64,000 nt of DNA from Gammaproteobacteria bacterium (GCA_050295575.1 JBNKPX010000003.1:3064-67063), one strand, 5' to 3'. Positions 8,348 through 17,610 are shown, numbered from the stretch's first letter. Made by a program: numbers and translations. The notes: generated by a model from the letters alone, not told the origin.

Positions 8348-9421
8348 TCAATCATTAAACTGACTGAGTTTGGGATTAAACAAATTATGAGGGTCAAAAG
8401 CACGCTTGATTTTCTGATGCATCTTGATTTGCAGGGTATCCATCAAGGTTGCAGGTTGGGTCGGTGCCGCCCCCTTATGCGATTCTATATAGCCTCCAAT
8501 ATTGCGAATATGCATAAAGTCGCTTTGAGTGATCGTGTCACACTGAAGCCAGCGTAAGCCGCCACACCAGTCTATGAGGCTTGAATGGTCATTTTCCAGT
8601 TCAAGTGGCAGCGTACTGGCCGGTAAAATGATGCGCCAGAGCGATTCAGCATTAGTAAAGAATGGGTGTGTCTGCTGTTGTATGCTGTCCCAGAACTGTT
8701 GATCGTCAGGCATGTGTTCGCCGCCCATTTTCTGTTCAGCATGGCGTACGCCAGACTCGGTGCCCTGCAGTCGGATAATCATTTTTTGCTGATAATAACA
8801 GGCTGCCGTGATCGGCAATGCCTCGCCTGCCATTTGATTCATGCTGCGAATGGCAGTAGCTTCATCCTGTTCAAAGGTGAGTGTGAGTTGGGTCTCTGGT
8901 TGGGGCAATACCTTGAGGGTAATGTCTAATATGGGGCCCAGAGTGCCTCGAGAGCCACAAAGCAAGCGTGATATATCGTAACCCGCAACGTTCTTCATCA
9001 CCTGACCGCCGCCACTCAATGCCTGTGCCAGACCGTTAATGATGGTGACACCCAGCACATGATCACGGATGGCGCCGTGAAACGGGCGACCTGAACCGCT
9101 GTGGCCTAGCGCGATGGCACCGCCAATCGTACTGGCTTCAGAGTACATAGGGAAATCAGTAGGCAGACGCTGCCTGTTCTGTTGTAACAGAGGTTTTAAT
9201 GCCTGGATAGAGGTTCCGCTGCGAACTTTTAAGGTGAGTTCTGTGGGCTGGTAATCGATGACTCCTGAATGCTCTCGCATATCTATGCAAAGTGCTTCAT
9301 TAAACTCATCCAGCATAAACTGATGGCTACCCGACCCATGGATGGAGAGTGGTTGCAGGTTGCCGAGTGCCTGTTCAACCTGCTGTTGTATCTTTGGCGT
9401 ATTGTCCTGGTTCATAGTCAT
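8348..9421 (-). CDS. glcE: Glycolate oxidase FAD-binding subunit
   Basis: FAD-binding PCMH-type domain protein. It lies between glcD and glcF, with a 1-nt overlap with glcD. Confidence 0.85.
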   Translation of the reverse strand: MTMNQDNTPKIQQQVEQALGNLQPLSIHGSGSHQFMLDEFNEALCIDMREHSGVIDYQPTELTLKVRSGTSIQALKPLLQQNRQRLPTDFPMYSEASTIGGAIALGHSGSGRPFHGAIRDHVLGVTIINGLAQALSGGGQVMKNVAGYDISRLLCGSRGTLGPILDITLKVLPQPETQLTLTFEQDEATAIRSMNQMAGEALPITAACYYQQKMIIRLQGTESGVRHAEQKMGGEHMPDDQQFWDSIQQQTHPFFTNAESLWRIILPASTLPLELENDHSSLIDWCGGLRWLQCDTITQSDFMHIRNIGGYIESHKGAAPTQPATLMDTLQIKMHQKIKRAFDPHNLFNPKLSQFND

Positions 9422-10935
9422 CAGAAGCGCGGGATATCAGGGTGGGCCAACTGGCCGTTATGAACATGCATGGCGCCCAGTTCGGCACAGCGGTGCAGGC
9501 TGGGTATCGCCTTGCCCGGATTGAGTATACCCTGTGGATCGAGTTGCGACTTGATACGATGAAACTGGGTTAGTTCGGGGGAGGTAAACTGATGACACAT
9601 ATGGTCAATCTTTTCTACACCCACGCCATGTTCTCCGGTAATCGTGCCGCCTTTATCGACACAGAGTCTTAGAATATCTCCACCCAGCGCTTCAGCCTTA
9701 TCCAGGTCGCCAGGTTTATTGGCATCATACAGTATCAACGGGTGCAGGTTACCGTCACCCGCATGAAATACATTGGCTACTGGCAGGCCATACTGAGTGG
9801 AAAACTCTGCAATAGACTTGAGTACCTCGGGTAAGGCCTTGCGTGGAATGGTGCCATCCATGCAGTAATAATCGGGTGAGATACGCCCTACTGCGGGGAA
9901 AGCGGCCTTGCGCCCAGCCCAGAATAGCGCGCGTTGTTTATCGTTTTGTGACAGGCGGATATCGTGCGCCGAACACTGTTGCAGGATGTGTTTGACTTCG
10001 CTCATCTGTTGTTCGATCTCAGCCAGTGTTCCATCCAGTTCGCACAGCAGCAGGGCTTCGCAGATGGGGTAGTCGGCATGAACAAAATCTTCTGCCGCCT
10101 GTATGGCCAGGCGGTCCATCATTTCGAGGCCTGCGGGAATAATGCCTGCGCTGATGATATCGCGTACCGCGGCTCCGGCATTGCTGACATCGTTAAAGGC
10201 AGCAAGCACAACCTGTGCTGCTTGCGGTTGCGGTACCAGGCGTACGGTGACTTCCATGATAATGCCAAGTAGTCCTTCAGAGCCATGCATCAGGGCCAGT
10301 AAATCGTACCCCGGGCTATCCATGCATTGCTGACCACCGATTTCTATCAGTTCTCCTTCGCTGTCCAGCATCTTGATGCCCATGACATTATTCACGGTCA
10401 GGCCATATTTCAGGCTATGTACCCCACCGGAGTTTTCAGCCACATTACCACCAATGGAACAGGCGATCTGTGAGGAGGGGTCGGGTGCGTAATACAGGCC
10501 GTATTGTGTGGCTGCTTCGGTGATGGCGAGATTGCGCACACCCGGCTCGACCACAGCCAGACGTTGCAAGGGATCTATGCTTTTGATGCGATTGAACTTG
10601 CTCAGGCTCATGACGATGGCCTGTTCAACGGGTAATACGCCACCCGCGAGGCCGGTACCCGCACCTCTGGCAATGACTGGAATGGCATTTTTATGACAGT
10701 AGCGAACTATCTGCTGGCATTGTTCGATGGTTTCCGGCAGTACCACCATCTTGGGTATCTTGCGGTAGGCGGACAGGCCATCGCATTCGAAGGGTATCAG
10801 CTGGGCTTCGTGATGCAGCAGGCTATCAGCAGGTAATAATGGGCTCAGGTCCGATACAACCTGTTGTATCTCCCAGTGTTTAAATTCAAATTCACCGCTT
10901 TGAGGGTCAAATGCCATATTATTCTGATTTTGCAA
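9421..10935 (-). CDS. glcD: Glycolate oxidase subunit GlcD (FAD-linked oxidase)
   Basis: Collinear with E. coli GlcD as I recall it (e.g. YAPDPSSQIACSIGGNVAENSGGVH, GRISPDYYCMDGTIPR, and the C-terminus HRCAELGAMHVH...PRF). The ORF-track start at 10935 is TTG; the ATG at 10917 is an alternative. Confidence 0.92.
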   Translation of the reverse strand: MQNQNNMAFDPQSGEFEFKHWEIQQVVSDLSPLLPADSLLHHEAQLIPFECDGLSAYRKIPKMVVLPETIEQCQQIVRYCHKNAIPVIARGAGTGLAGGVLPVEQAIVMSLSKFNRIKSIDPLQRLAVVEPGVRNLAITEAATQYGLYYAPDPSSQIACSIGGNVAENSGGVHSLKYGLTVNNVMGIKMLDSEGELIEIGGQQCMDSPGYDLLALMHGSEGLLGIIMEVTVRLVPQPQAAQVVLAAFNDVSNAGAAVRDIISAGIIPAGLEMMDRLAIQAAEDFVHADYPICEALLLCELDGTLAEIEQQMSEVKHILQQCSAHDIRLSQNDKQRALFWAGRKAAFPAVGRISPDYYCMDGTIPRKALPEVLKSIAEFSTQYGLPVANVFHAGDGNLHPLILYDANKPGDLDKAEALGGDILRLCVDKGGTITGEHGVGVEKIDHMCHQFTSPELTQFHRIKSQLDPQGILNPGKAIPSLHRCAELGAMHVHNGQLAHPDIPRF

Positions 10936-11418
10936 AGGTGTCTGGGATTGTAGGCTAACTGTGCGAGGATTTAAAACATCAAATCTGTGGGTTTAGTATT
11001 CGTTGCAGTAAAACTCTTCTTGATTAGTCCTAAATTTCAGCCATTTCTATATTTAAACATTTTAACCACAGATTAGGGCAGGACGCCCGTAAGTACGAGA
11101 CTATGGATGGTCGAAGGTAGAGCAATGCGACAATTGCCGAGATCATTGAGGTTTGGATGTTTACCTATATATTTCAGATGATTTCTCAAGTATTCAAATC
11201 AGTTGTTAGATTAAACAGGATAGTAATCTGGCTAACTTTCTCTTCTCTGTGGCCCCCGTGTCCTCTGTGGTGAGTGTTTTTTATGGATATTAAATTAGTT
11301 GAGTTTAAAGGTGTGATAAGGAAATACTTTATTCAGCCACAAATACTGGGTTTACAGTGATATCCGATTCAGACAGAATCTAACCCTGACAAATCTATTT
11401 ATAAAAAGGGAAAATATT

Positions 11419-12597
11419 ATGCCAGTTTCATTTAATCCCCCCGTTCGCACGCTTATGGGGCCAGGCCCATCCGACGTTCACCCTCGAATTTTAGAGGCAC
11501 TATCAAGGCCAACTATCGGTCACCTTGACCCCATGTTTGTGGATATGATGGATGAGGTTAAAAAGCTGCTGCAATATGCTTTTCAAACTGATAATGAGTT
11601 AACTATACCGGTTTCTGCGCCGGGCTCAGCAGGCATGGAAACCTGTTTTGTGAATCTGGTTGAACCGGGCGATAAGGTCATTGTTTGTCAGAATGGTGTG
11701 TTCGGCGGACGCATGAAAGAGAATGTAGAGCGTATCGGTGGCGAGGCGGTAATGGTGATGGATGACTGGGGTAAACCGGTCGACCTGGAAAAGTTACAAC
11801 AGGCACTGGAATCTAATTCTGATGCGAAAATCGTAGCCTTTGTGCATGCTGAAACCTCTACCGGTGCCCAGTCTGACGCCAAAGCTATCTGGCAACTCGC
11901 CCATAAGCATCACTGTCTGGTGATTGCCGATTGCGTTACCTCGTTGGGTGGAACGCCCATTAAGGTAGATGAATGGGGGCTGGATGCCGTGTACTCAGGC
12001 ACCCAGAAATGCCTTTCCTGTGTACCGGGACTGTCTCCAGTTACTTTCAGTGAGCGGGCTATTGAAAAGATTAAAGGTCGTAAAACGCCAGTGCAAAGCT
12101 GGTTTCTGGACTTAAATCTGGTGATGGGGTATTGGGGGCAGGGTGCTAAGCGTGCCTACCACCATACGGCTCCAGTGAATGCGCTTTACGCCCTGCATGA
12201 GTCTTTGGTTATGCTGCGTGATGAAGGCCTGGAAAATGCGTGGAAGCGCCATGCTCATCAGCATTCTGCATTAAAAGCCGGGCTTGAAGCGATGGGTATC
12301 AGCTTTCTGGTTGACGAGGCAGCACGCCTGCCGCAGTTGAATTCAGTGATGATTCCACAGGGAGTCGAGGATGCAGTTGTACGCGCGCGTTTGCTGAATG
12401 AATACAATCTGGAGATTGGTGCTGGATTGGGAGACTTTGCCGGTAAGGTTTGGCGTCTTGGTTTAATGGGGCATAGCGCGCGTTCAGAAAATGTGATTTT
12501 CTGCCTGTCTGCACTGGAAGCGATATTGGGCGACATGGGCGCTCCAATCAATAAAGGGGTTGCTTTACCTGCTGCACAGGCAGTGTATTCTTCCTGA
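11419..12597 (+). CDS. Class-V aminotransferase, serine/alanine-glyoxylate (AGXT/SgaA-like)
   Basis: LMGPGPSDVHPRILEALSRPTIGHLDP and the PLP-lysine region YSGTQKCL fit the AGXT family. It is divergent from glcDEF, which produces glyoxylate. Confidence 0.8.
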   Translation: MPVSFNPPVRTLMGPGPSDVHPRILEALSRPTIGHLDPMFVDMMDEVKKLLQYAFQTDNELTIPVSAPGSAGMETCFVNLVEPGDKVIVCQNGVFGGRMKENVERIGGEAVMVMDDWGKPVDLEKLQQALESNSDAKIVAFVHAETSTGAQSDAKAIWQLAHKHHCLVIADCVTSLGGTPIKVDEWGLDAVYSGTQKCLSCVPGLSPVTFSERAIEKIKGRKTPVQSWFLDLNLVMGYWGQGAKRAYHHTAPVNALYALHESLVMLRDEGLENAWKRHAHQHSALKAGLEAMGISFLVDEAARLPQLNSVMIPQGVEDAVVRARLLNEYNLEIGAGLGDFAGKVWRLGLMGHSARSENVIFCLSALEAILGDMGAPINKGVALPAAQAVYSS

Positions 12598-12602
12598 GTC
12601 AT

Positions 12603-12992
12603 ATGAACCTCACAGTAGATTTAACACCGCTACGCTACTCGCGATTATGGTTCAGCATGGCCTATATTATGCTGGCCGTAGTCGCGTTTGCCTCATTAAT
12701 GCCGGCGCCGGAGATGGGTACCAGTGACAAGCTGCTGCATTTACTGACCTATGCCTTTATGAGTGCGGTATTTTCCACTCTGGTGTGCCGCGATATCAGT
12801 CTGCTTAAAGTGGTTCCGGGATTGATTCTGTTTGGTATTGTGCTCGAGTTTCTGCAGGGTATGACTGGTTATCGCTATATGGAAGTGAATGACATGCTGG
12901 CTAATAGTGTGGGTGTATTTGCTGGTTTGAGCGTTCGACTCACAGCTATACCACGATGGTTTCGTCAGCTAGAGAAAGTCTTCTCTGGGTGA
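12603..12992 (+). CDS. VanZ-like family membrane protein
   Basis: Small four-TM protein with the DKLLHLLTYAFMS motif. Its start is 5 nt after the aminotransferase stop. Confidence 0.6.
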   Translation: MNLTVDLTPLRYSRLWFSMAYIMLAVVAFASLMPAPEMGTSDKLLHLLTYAFMSAVFSTLVCRDISLLKVVPGLILFGIVLEFLQGMTGYRYMEVNDMLANSVGVFAGLSVRLTAIPRWFRQLEKVFSG

Positions 12993-13003
12993 GATAGATG
13001 GTC

Positions 13004-13411
13004 TCAGGGGGTGATGTATTGGTAGCCCTTGTTCTGTAATTCAATAATCCGGCTAAAGATATTGCTCACCAGCTGAGGCGGATGTTTGAGATCCAGTATA
13101 TGGCGATTTTTATAAAAGTTGTCGCGGCTGACCTCGATTTGCAGGCCTAAACTGATGAGTTCTTCCAGGCGCATTCCCAGGTCTCTATTTTCATTGACCT
13201 TATTAATCAGGTTGATGCCCTGGCCCTGCAGCAAGATTTTAACGTCCAGCGACTGATCCACAGAGCCGAGAAACAGGTTTTCCAGATTGGTAATCGTTTT
13301 CCATTGTACATCGGAGCGGCTGCTACTTAAGTGGTAGACAATTTTATCCGGTGCCGCCAGCAGGCTAGTTGCGAATAACAGGCTGGCAATTAACAGAAGC
13401 CATTTAGCCAC
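13004..13411 (-). CDS. Secreted DsrE/DsrF-like (COG1416-type) protein lacking the family Cys
   Basis: Signal peptide MAKWLLLIASLLFATSLLAAP. The motifs KIVYHLSSS...ILLQGQGINL...IEVSRDN...ELQNKGYQYITP follow the COG1416 pattern. GTG start at 13411 overlaps the upstream stop by 8 nt. Confidence 0.6.
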   Translation of the reverse strand: MAKWLLLIASLLFATSLLAAPDKIVYHLSSSRSDVQWKTITNLENLFLGSVDQSLDVKILLQGQGINLINKVNENRDLGMRLEELISLGLQIEVSRDNFYKNRHILDLKHPPQLVSNIFSRIIELQNKGYQYITP

Positions 13412-14117
13412 GAATATAGGTCCATCCCTGTTGCTGGCGTTGAATTACTTCTACGATGCCTGAATCAATCAGCTTTGCCTGTGGGATGAGATCGATTTCT
13501 TCATCGCTGGTGATTTGAATCTGGTCTATAGTGTTTTTACAGGCGGCAAAGGATAGATTTTTGTATTCTTCTGTAAGACGCGCAATCAATGCTGCAAAAG
13601 GTGTCGTGCCCTGACGCAATAGATCGATGCCATGGCCATTAGCCACGACTTCGACTCTTATGTTTTGACCTCTTTCGCGGTATTCCTGTAGCATGTTTTC
13701 TAAATTGGTTAAGGTATTCAGACCGCTTTCAGAATCTGAAGTCGTCAAATGCACCAGCACTTTGGTGGTTGCATCATGAGCCGCCAGGCTTTGGCTTTGT
13801 TGCACTTGCTGAATCTGATTTAAGCCAACAGTTCCCAGCAATATACCCAGGCAGAAGATAGCAACCGCTGCGGCAATTCGAGGAAAATAACTGGATTTCT
13901 GTACCGCAGTCTCAGATAAGTGAGAGGTAGGAATCTGGTCGTAGGCTAGTTTTACGCGCTGTTTTACGCGCTGGAATTCACATACTCTGGCGGCAAGGAC
14001 TTTATCCCGCTCAAGCAGTTCCAGTATTTCATGGCGCTCTTCGTCAGTAATCTGTCCATCGATAAACGAATTCAATAATTCATCCGATATCGTTTGATTG
14101 GGGTCCAGGGTATTCAT
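13404..14117 (-). CDS. Single-pass anti-sigma factor with a C-terminal periplasmic DsrE/COG1416-like domain
   Basis: N-terminal anti-sigma-like region (LLNSFIDGQITDEERHEILELLERD) and one TM segment (IAAAVAIFCLGILLGTVGL). The C-terminal motifs KVLVHLTTSD...VEVVANGHGIDLL...FAACKNT...GIVEVIQRQQQGWTYIRG fit COG1416. The gene starts 4 nt after the ECF sigma gene. Confidence 0.65.
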   Translation of the reverse strand: MNTLDPNQTISDELLNSFIDGQITDEERHEILELLERDKVLAARVCEFQRVKQRVKLAYDQIPTSHLSETAVQKSSYFPRIAAAVAIFCLGILLGTVGLNQIQQVQQSQSLAAHDATTKVLVHLTTSDSESGLNTLTNLENMLQEYRERGQNIRVEVVANGHGIDLLRQGTTPFAALIARLTEEYKNLSFAACKNTIDQIQITSDEEIDLIPQAKLIDSGIVEVIQRQQQGWTYIRG

Positions 14118-14120
14118 TTG

Positions 14121-14669
14121 CTATTTAACTCTGTGTATTCGTCTTTGTATTGGCGGTTCAATTTCACTATTATATTTTTCCAGTAAATTTTTCAACTGGC
14201 CACGAGCACGACATAAACGACTCATTACCGTGCCAATAGGTATTTCCAGTGCATGAGAAACTTCGTCATACGACATTTCCATTAGATCGACCAGAGTCAC
14301 CACATTACGGTGTTTTTCATTCAGTCGAGAGATGCAGTGACGCACAATTTTGCCGGTGTCTCGCTGGTCGTAACTGCTGGCCGGGTCAAAATTGTCCGCA
14401 AAATCATAGTCATCCACATCTACCGTATCTTTCTGACGTCGCAGGTGATCACGGAAGCAGTTGAGCATGATACGGCAGGTCCACGCGTTCAATTTGCTGT
14501 CTTCCTTCAAGCTGTCAAAGGATAGAAATGCTTTTTGCATAGCTTCCTGAACCAGATCATCTGCTAGCATCTGATCTGAACACCAGGAGTAGGCCAGCTT
14601 GTAAAACCGGATACGATTTTCACATAACTCGCGCGTTAATTTCTTGTGCCTTTTGCGTCGTTTAAACAT
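14121..14669 (-). CDS. ECF-type RNA polymerase sigma-70 family factor
   Basis: Region 2 (DLVQEAMQKAF...LNAWTCRIMLNCFRDHLRR) and region 4 (MSYDEVSHALEIPIGTVMSRLCRARGQL) are recognisable. Confidence 0.85.
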   Translation of the reverse strand: MFKRRKRHKKLTRELCENRIRFYKLAYSWCSDQMLADDLVQEAMQKAFLSFDSLKEDSKLNAWTCRIMLNCFRDHLRRQKDTVDVDDYDFADNFDPASSYDQRDTGKIVRHCISRLNEKHRNVVTLVDLMEMSYDEVSHALEIPIGTVMSRLCRARGQLKNLLEKYNSEIEPPIQRRIHRVK

Positions 14670-14905
14670 ATCAATGACCGTTAGTAATTAGAGTATTTTT
14701 ATAATATTTTTATTCCATATAATTCTGTATTTCAGCCAGAACTGGCCTTGCTACAAAATCAGATGGAAGTGATTCCTCCCTAGTTGATATCTGGATCAGC
14801 TATATGGGGCATTCACTAATTTATGAAATTCTCGCTGATATGTATAGAAGTTTTTAACCTGAGTTTAATGTTGATATTGCGAACGATACTGGCTTTTGAG
14901 CTCGC

Positions 14906-15739
14906 TTAGTCGTCGTATCGCAGGGAAAAATCAATGGCATGAATGTGCTTGGTGAGTGCCCCAATAGAAATAAAATCTACCCCACATTCGGCTACTTCGC
15001 GAATATTATCCAGTGTAATATTGCCCGAAGCTTCCAGTTCTACCACCCCTTTAGCCTGGGATACTGCCTGGCGCAGCATATCCAGAGTGAAATTATCCAG
15101 TAACACCCTGTCTACTTTTGCATCCATGGCCTGCTGTAGCTGATCCAGATTCTCAACTTCAACCTCCAGCAATACCTCCGGGTGTAAGTCGCGCGCGTGT
15201 TTTACTGCTGCTGGAATGCTACCAGCAGCAGCAAGGTGGTTCTCCTTTAACAGATAGGCATCGAATAATCCTATCCTGTGGTTTGTGCCACCTCCGCATT
15301 TAACCGCGTATTTCTGAGCCATGCGAAGGCCTGGTATGGTTTTTCGGGTGTCCAGAATCTTACAGCCTGTATCAGCTATCTGAGTTTGGTAGCGGTGGGT
15401 TGCTGTGGCGGTTGCACTGAGGGTTTGCAGGAAGTTGAGTGCGGTTCGTTCAGCACTTAATATTGCACGAGCATTACCTTTTAGCCGGCACACAATGCTG
15501 CCTGACTCTAACAACTGGCCTTCACTTGCCTGCCAGTTAATTTCAATTTCAGGATCAAGTTGCAGAAATGCCTGAGAGAACCATTGACTACCGCATAAAA
15601 CCGCAGGTTCACGACAAATCAGGCTGACATTTAGCACCGCATCATCTGCAATTAGTGAGGCGGTGATGTCACCAGAGGCTATGTCCTCGCTGAATGAGGT
15701 GTTTATGTTTTCCACAATATGGGAAAGAGGTATATTCAT
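14906..15739 (-). CDS. nadC: Nicotinate-nucleotide diphosphorylase (carboxylating)
   Basis: ILDTRKTIPGLRMAQKYAVKCGGGTNHRIGLFD and the C-terminal TIM-barrel motifs are typical NadC. Confidence 0.92.
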   Translation of the reverse strand: MNIPLSHIVENINTSFSEDIASGDITASLIADDAVLNVSLICREPAVLCGSQWFSQAFLQLDPEIEINWQASEGQLLESGSIVCRLKGNARAILSAERTALNFLQTLSATATATHRYQTQIADTGCKILDTRKTIPGLRMAQKYAVKCGGGTNHRIGLFDAYLLKENHLAAAGSIPAAVKHARDLHPEVLLEVEVENLDQLQQAMDAKVDRVLLDNFTLDMLRQAVSQAKGVVELEASGNITLDNIREVAECGVDFISIGALTKHIHAIDFSLRYDD

Positions 15740-15899
15740 AAGTAAATTACTATATTTAGATGTTTATGTATTTGAATTAAAAAGCAATTTTAAATTTGAC
15801 ATGATCGATAAAAAGGGTATTGTAGTGGTCATAATAATTATAAGCTCATTATAAAAAAGATTAGTTTTAAGTATTAATTGCGAAGTAGAGGAATAAGTA

Positions 15900-16877
15900 T
15901 TGTTTCATTTCAACACCGCTTTAGTGAAGTTTACTCTCACACCCCTTATTGCTGTCTTTGCTTCAATTACCTGTGCTTCAATTACCTATGCCGATGTTGA
16001 TCGTTCTTTAGCCTTACCTACTGGTACTCCCAGCGCAGACGAGATTATCCATCAGGTTTATTATGTCAACCATTTCTATGGCTTTGATAATTATGCAATA
16101 GGTAAAAAGGATAAAAAGATTACTGTACTGGTTAATAAATTTGCGGGGAAAAGACCTACCACGGTTACCGTCGAGCGATACCTGAATAACCAATACGATG
16201 ATGATCCATCGGTTAAAGCACGTGATCTGGCCATCTTCCGCTCAGGTAAATTACGCGGCACCGGTATACTGGTTACTGAGTATGATGAAGCGAGCAGGGG
16301 CCAGACCTATGATATCTGGATTCCTTCTAAGAGCAAAATTCGTCGTTTTGCTGAACCTGCTCAGAATGATGCCTGGGGGGGGACCGACTTTACTTTTGGT
16401 GATGTCGTTTTACGTAAACCTGATGATGAAACCCATGAGCTAATCGGTACAGAAACTTTTAATGGCTGCCTGGGCGCAGTGGTCCTGGCCGATAACGAAA
16501 AAAATCGCTATACACGTGATCTACCTGAAGCCTCCTGTATTGCTAAAGGGAAACAGGTGTATAAACTGAAAAGCACTACAAAATTTAAAAACTGGTGGTA
16601 TGACTATCGTATCAGTTATGTTGATACACAATCCTTTGCTGACTATCGCACCGAGTACTTCAAGGGGGCTAAAAAAATTAAAGTCATTGATCGTGACTGG
16701 AAACCCGTTTCGAATGCAACCGACCCTCGCCAGTTAGTATTTGGATACTGGTATGGTAAAACCTTCGCAACCGGACATGAAACCTGGGCAGTAATTCCAC
16801 CTGAAGTGGTTAACTACAATGATGATAGTATGAAGCAAAGCATGTGGAGCGAAAATACACTTCGCAATCTTCAGTGA
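15900..16877 (+). CDS. LolA-like outer-membrane lipoprotein-sorting family protein (secreted)
   Basis: TTG start preceded by GAGGAA, followed by a signal peptide. The motif IWIPSKSKIRRFAEP...GGTDFTFGDV resembles the LolA_like family as I recall it. Confidence 0.5.
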   Translation: MFHFNTALVKFTLTPLIAVFASITCASITYADVDRSLALPTGTPSADEIIHQVYYVNHFYGFDNYAIGKKDKKITVLVNKFAGKRPTTVTVERYLNNQYDDDPSVKARDLAIFRSGKLRGTGILVTEYDEASRGQTYDIWIPSKSKIRRFAEPAQNDAWGGTDFTFGDVVLRKPDDETHELIGTETFNGCLGAVVLADNEKNRYTRDLPEASCIAKGKQVYKLKSTTKFKNWWYDYRISYVDTQSFADYRTEYFKGAKKIKVIDRDWKPVSNATDPRQLVFGYWYGKTFATGHETWAVIPPEVVNYNDDSMKQSMWSENTLRNLQ

Positions 16878-17048
16878 TCAACAGGATGAGTAGTTGATAT
16901 AGCCTGGATAACAAAATAGCTGGAGGAGTATAATAAAAAATAATGAGAGGATGGAGATAGTGCTTTAGGCCAGAGTAGAGATTCATCGAGTCTTCAACCA
17001 GATGCTAAGCATATTTTCCACAAATAACAATAATAATAAAATTTTGGA

Positions 17049-17072
17049 GGGGGCTTTGCCCCCTTATTTTTT
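17049..17072 (+). terminator. Rho-independent terminator (GGGGGC-TTT-GCCCCC followed by TTATTTTTT)
   Basis: A perfect 6-bp GC stem, a 3-nt loop and a T-run, located downstream of the LolA-like gene on the same strand. Confidence 0.7.
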
Positions 17073-17095
17073 GGCTGGATTTTAATTATTTCAAT

Positions 17096-17123
17096 ATTTA
17101 GGGAACCTCTGATTAATTCAGAG
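17096..17123. repeat. REP-like interspersed repeat, copy 2 (ATTTAGGGAACCTCTGATTAATTCAGAG)
   Basis: Matches 3503-3530 almost base for base, and matches 62839-62865 in reverse orientation. Confidence 0.7.
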
Positions 17124-17139
17124 TTTCTTTAGAACGTTT

Positions 17140-17178
17140 TCACTACAGATTTGGGCAGAATGCCAAAATCTGTAGTGA
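17140..17178. repeat. Long hairpin: 18-nt arms TCACTACAGATTTGGGCA / TGCCAAAATCTGTAGTGA (one mismatch) with a 3-nt loop
   Basis: Read directly from the sequence, 7 nt beyond the stop of the DUF1841 gene. The left arm ACAGATTTGGGCAGAATGCC resembles ACAGATTAGGGCAGGACGCC at about 11067-11086, so it may belong to a second repeat family. Confidence 0.6.
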
Positions 17179-17184
17179 GGGCTT

Positions 17185-17610
17185 TTAACTGCGTTTTAGT
17201 TTTTTCAAACACTCCAGATATGAAGCTTCGTCGGGCTGGGTTTGATTTCTCTGTGCTAGCCATAATGCCTGCCCCAGGCATTCCATCATGGCATGCTCAG
17301 CATCGTGACGGCCAAGCTTGTTAGAGAGTTGCTGATGAATCGTCTGGATACCGACAGGTCGATTGGTTGAGGTTTGTTCATATAAAGCGATATGCATGCC
17401 CATGTGAAGAAAGGGATTAGTCTGGCCTGATTCCGGGGTGAATTCTGAATGTTGAACACTTTCCCCCTGTTCAAGTAAATGATGGTACTCAGGGTGAAGG
17501 CTTATGATATCGGAGATAACGGCCTCCATAGGTTCGAGTACGCCACCCTGTTGCATTTTTTGCCAGACCGTCAGGTAAACGCGGCGAATTTCTTCTCGGG
17601 ATTGGAACAT
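17185..17610 (-). CDS. DUF1841 family protein
   Basis: MFQSREEIRRVYLTVWQKMQQGGVLEPMEAVISDIISLHPEYHHLL...TNPFLHMGMHIAL matches my recollection of DUF1841. Confidence 0.65.
   Translation of the reverse strand: MFQSREEIRRVYLTVWQKMQQGGVLEPMEAVISDIISLHPEYHHLLEQGESVQHSEFTPESGQTNPFLHMGMHIALYEQTSTNRPVGIQTIHQQLSNKLGRHDAEHAMMECLGQALWLAQRNQTQPDEASYLECLKKLKRS

Noticed and set aside
12258-12602. 114-aa and 82-aa minus-strand ORFs
   Set aside because: Antisense to the 3' end of the class-V aminotransferase gene, with Ala/Ser/Arg/Pro-rich composition. Judged spurious.
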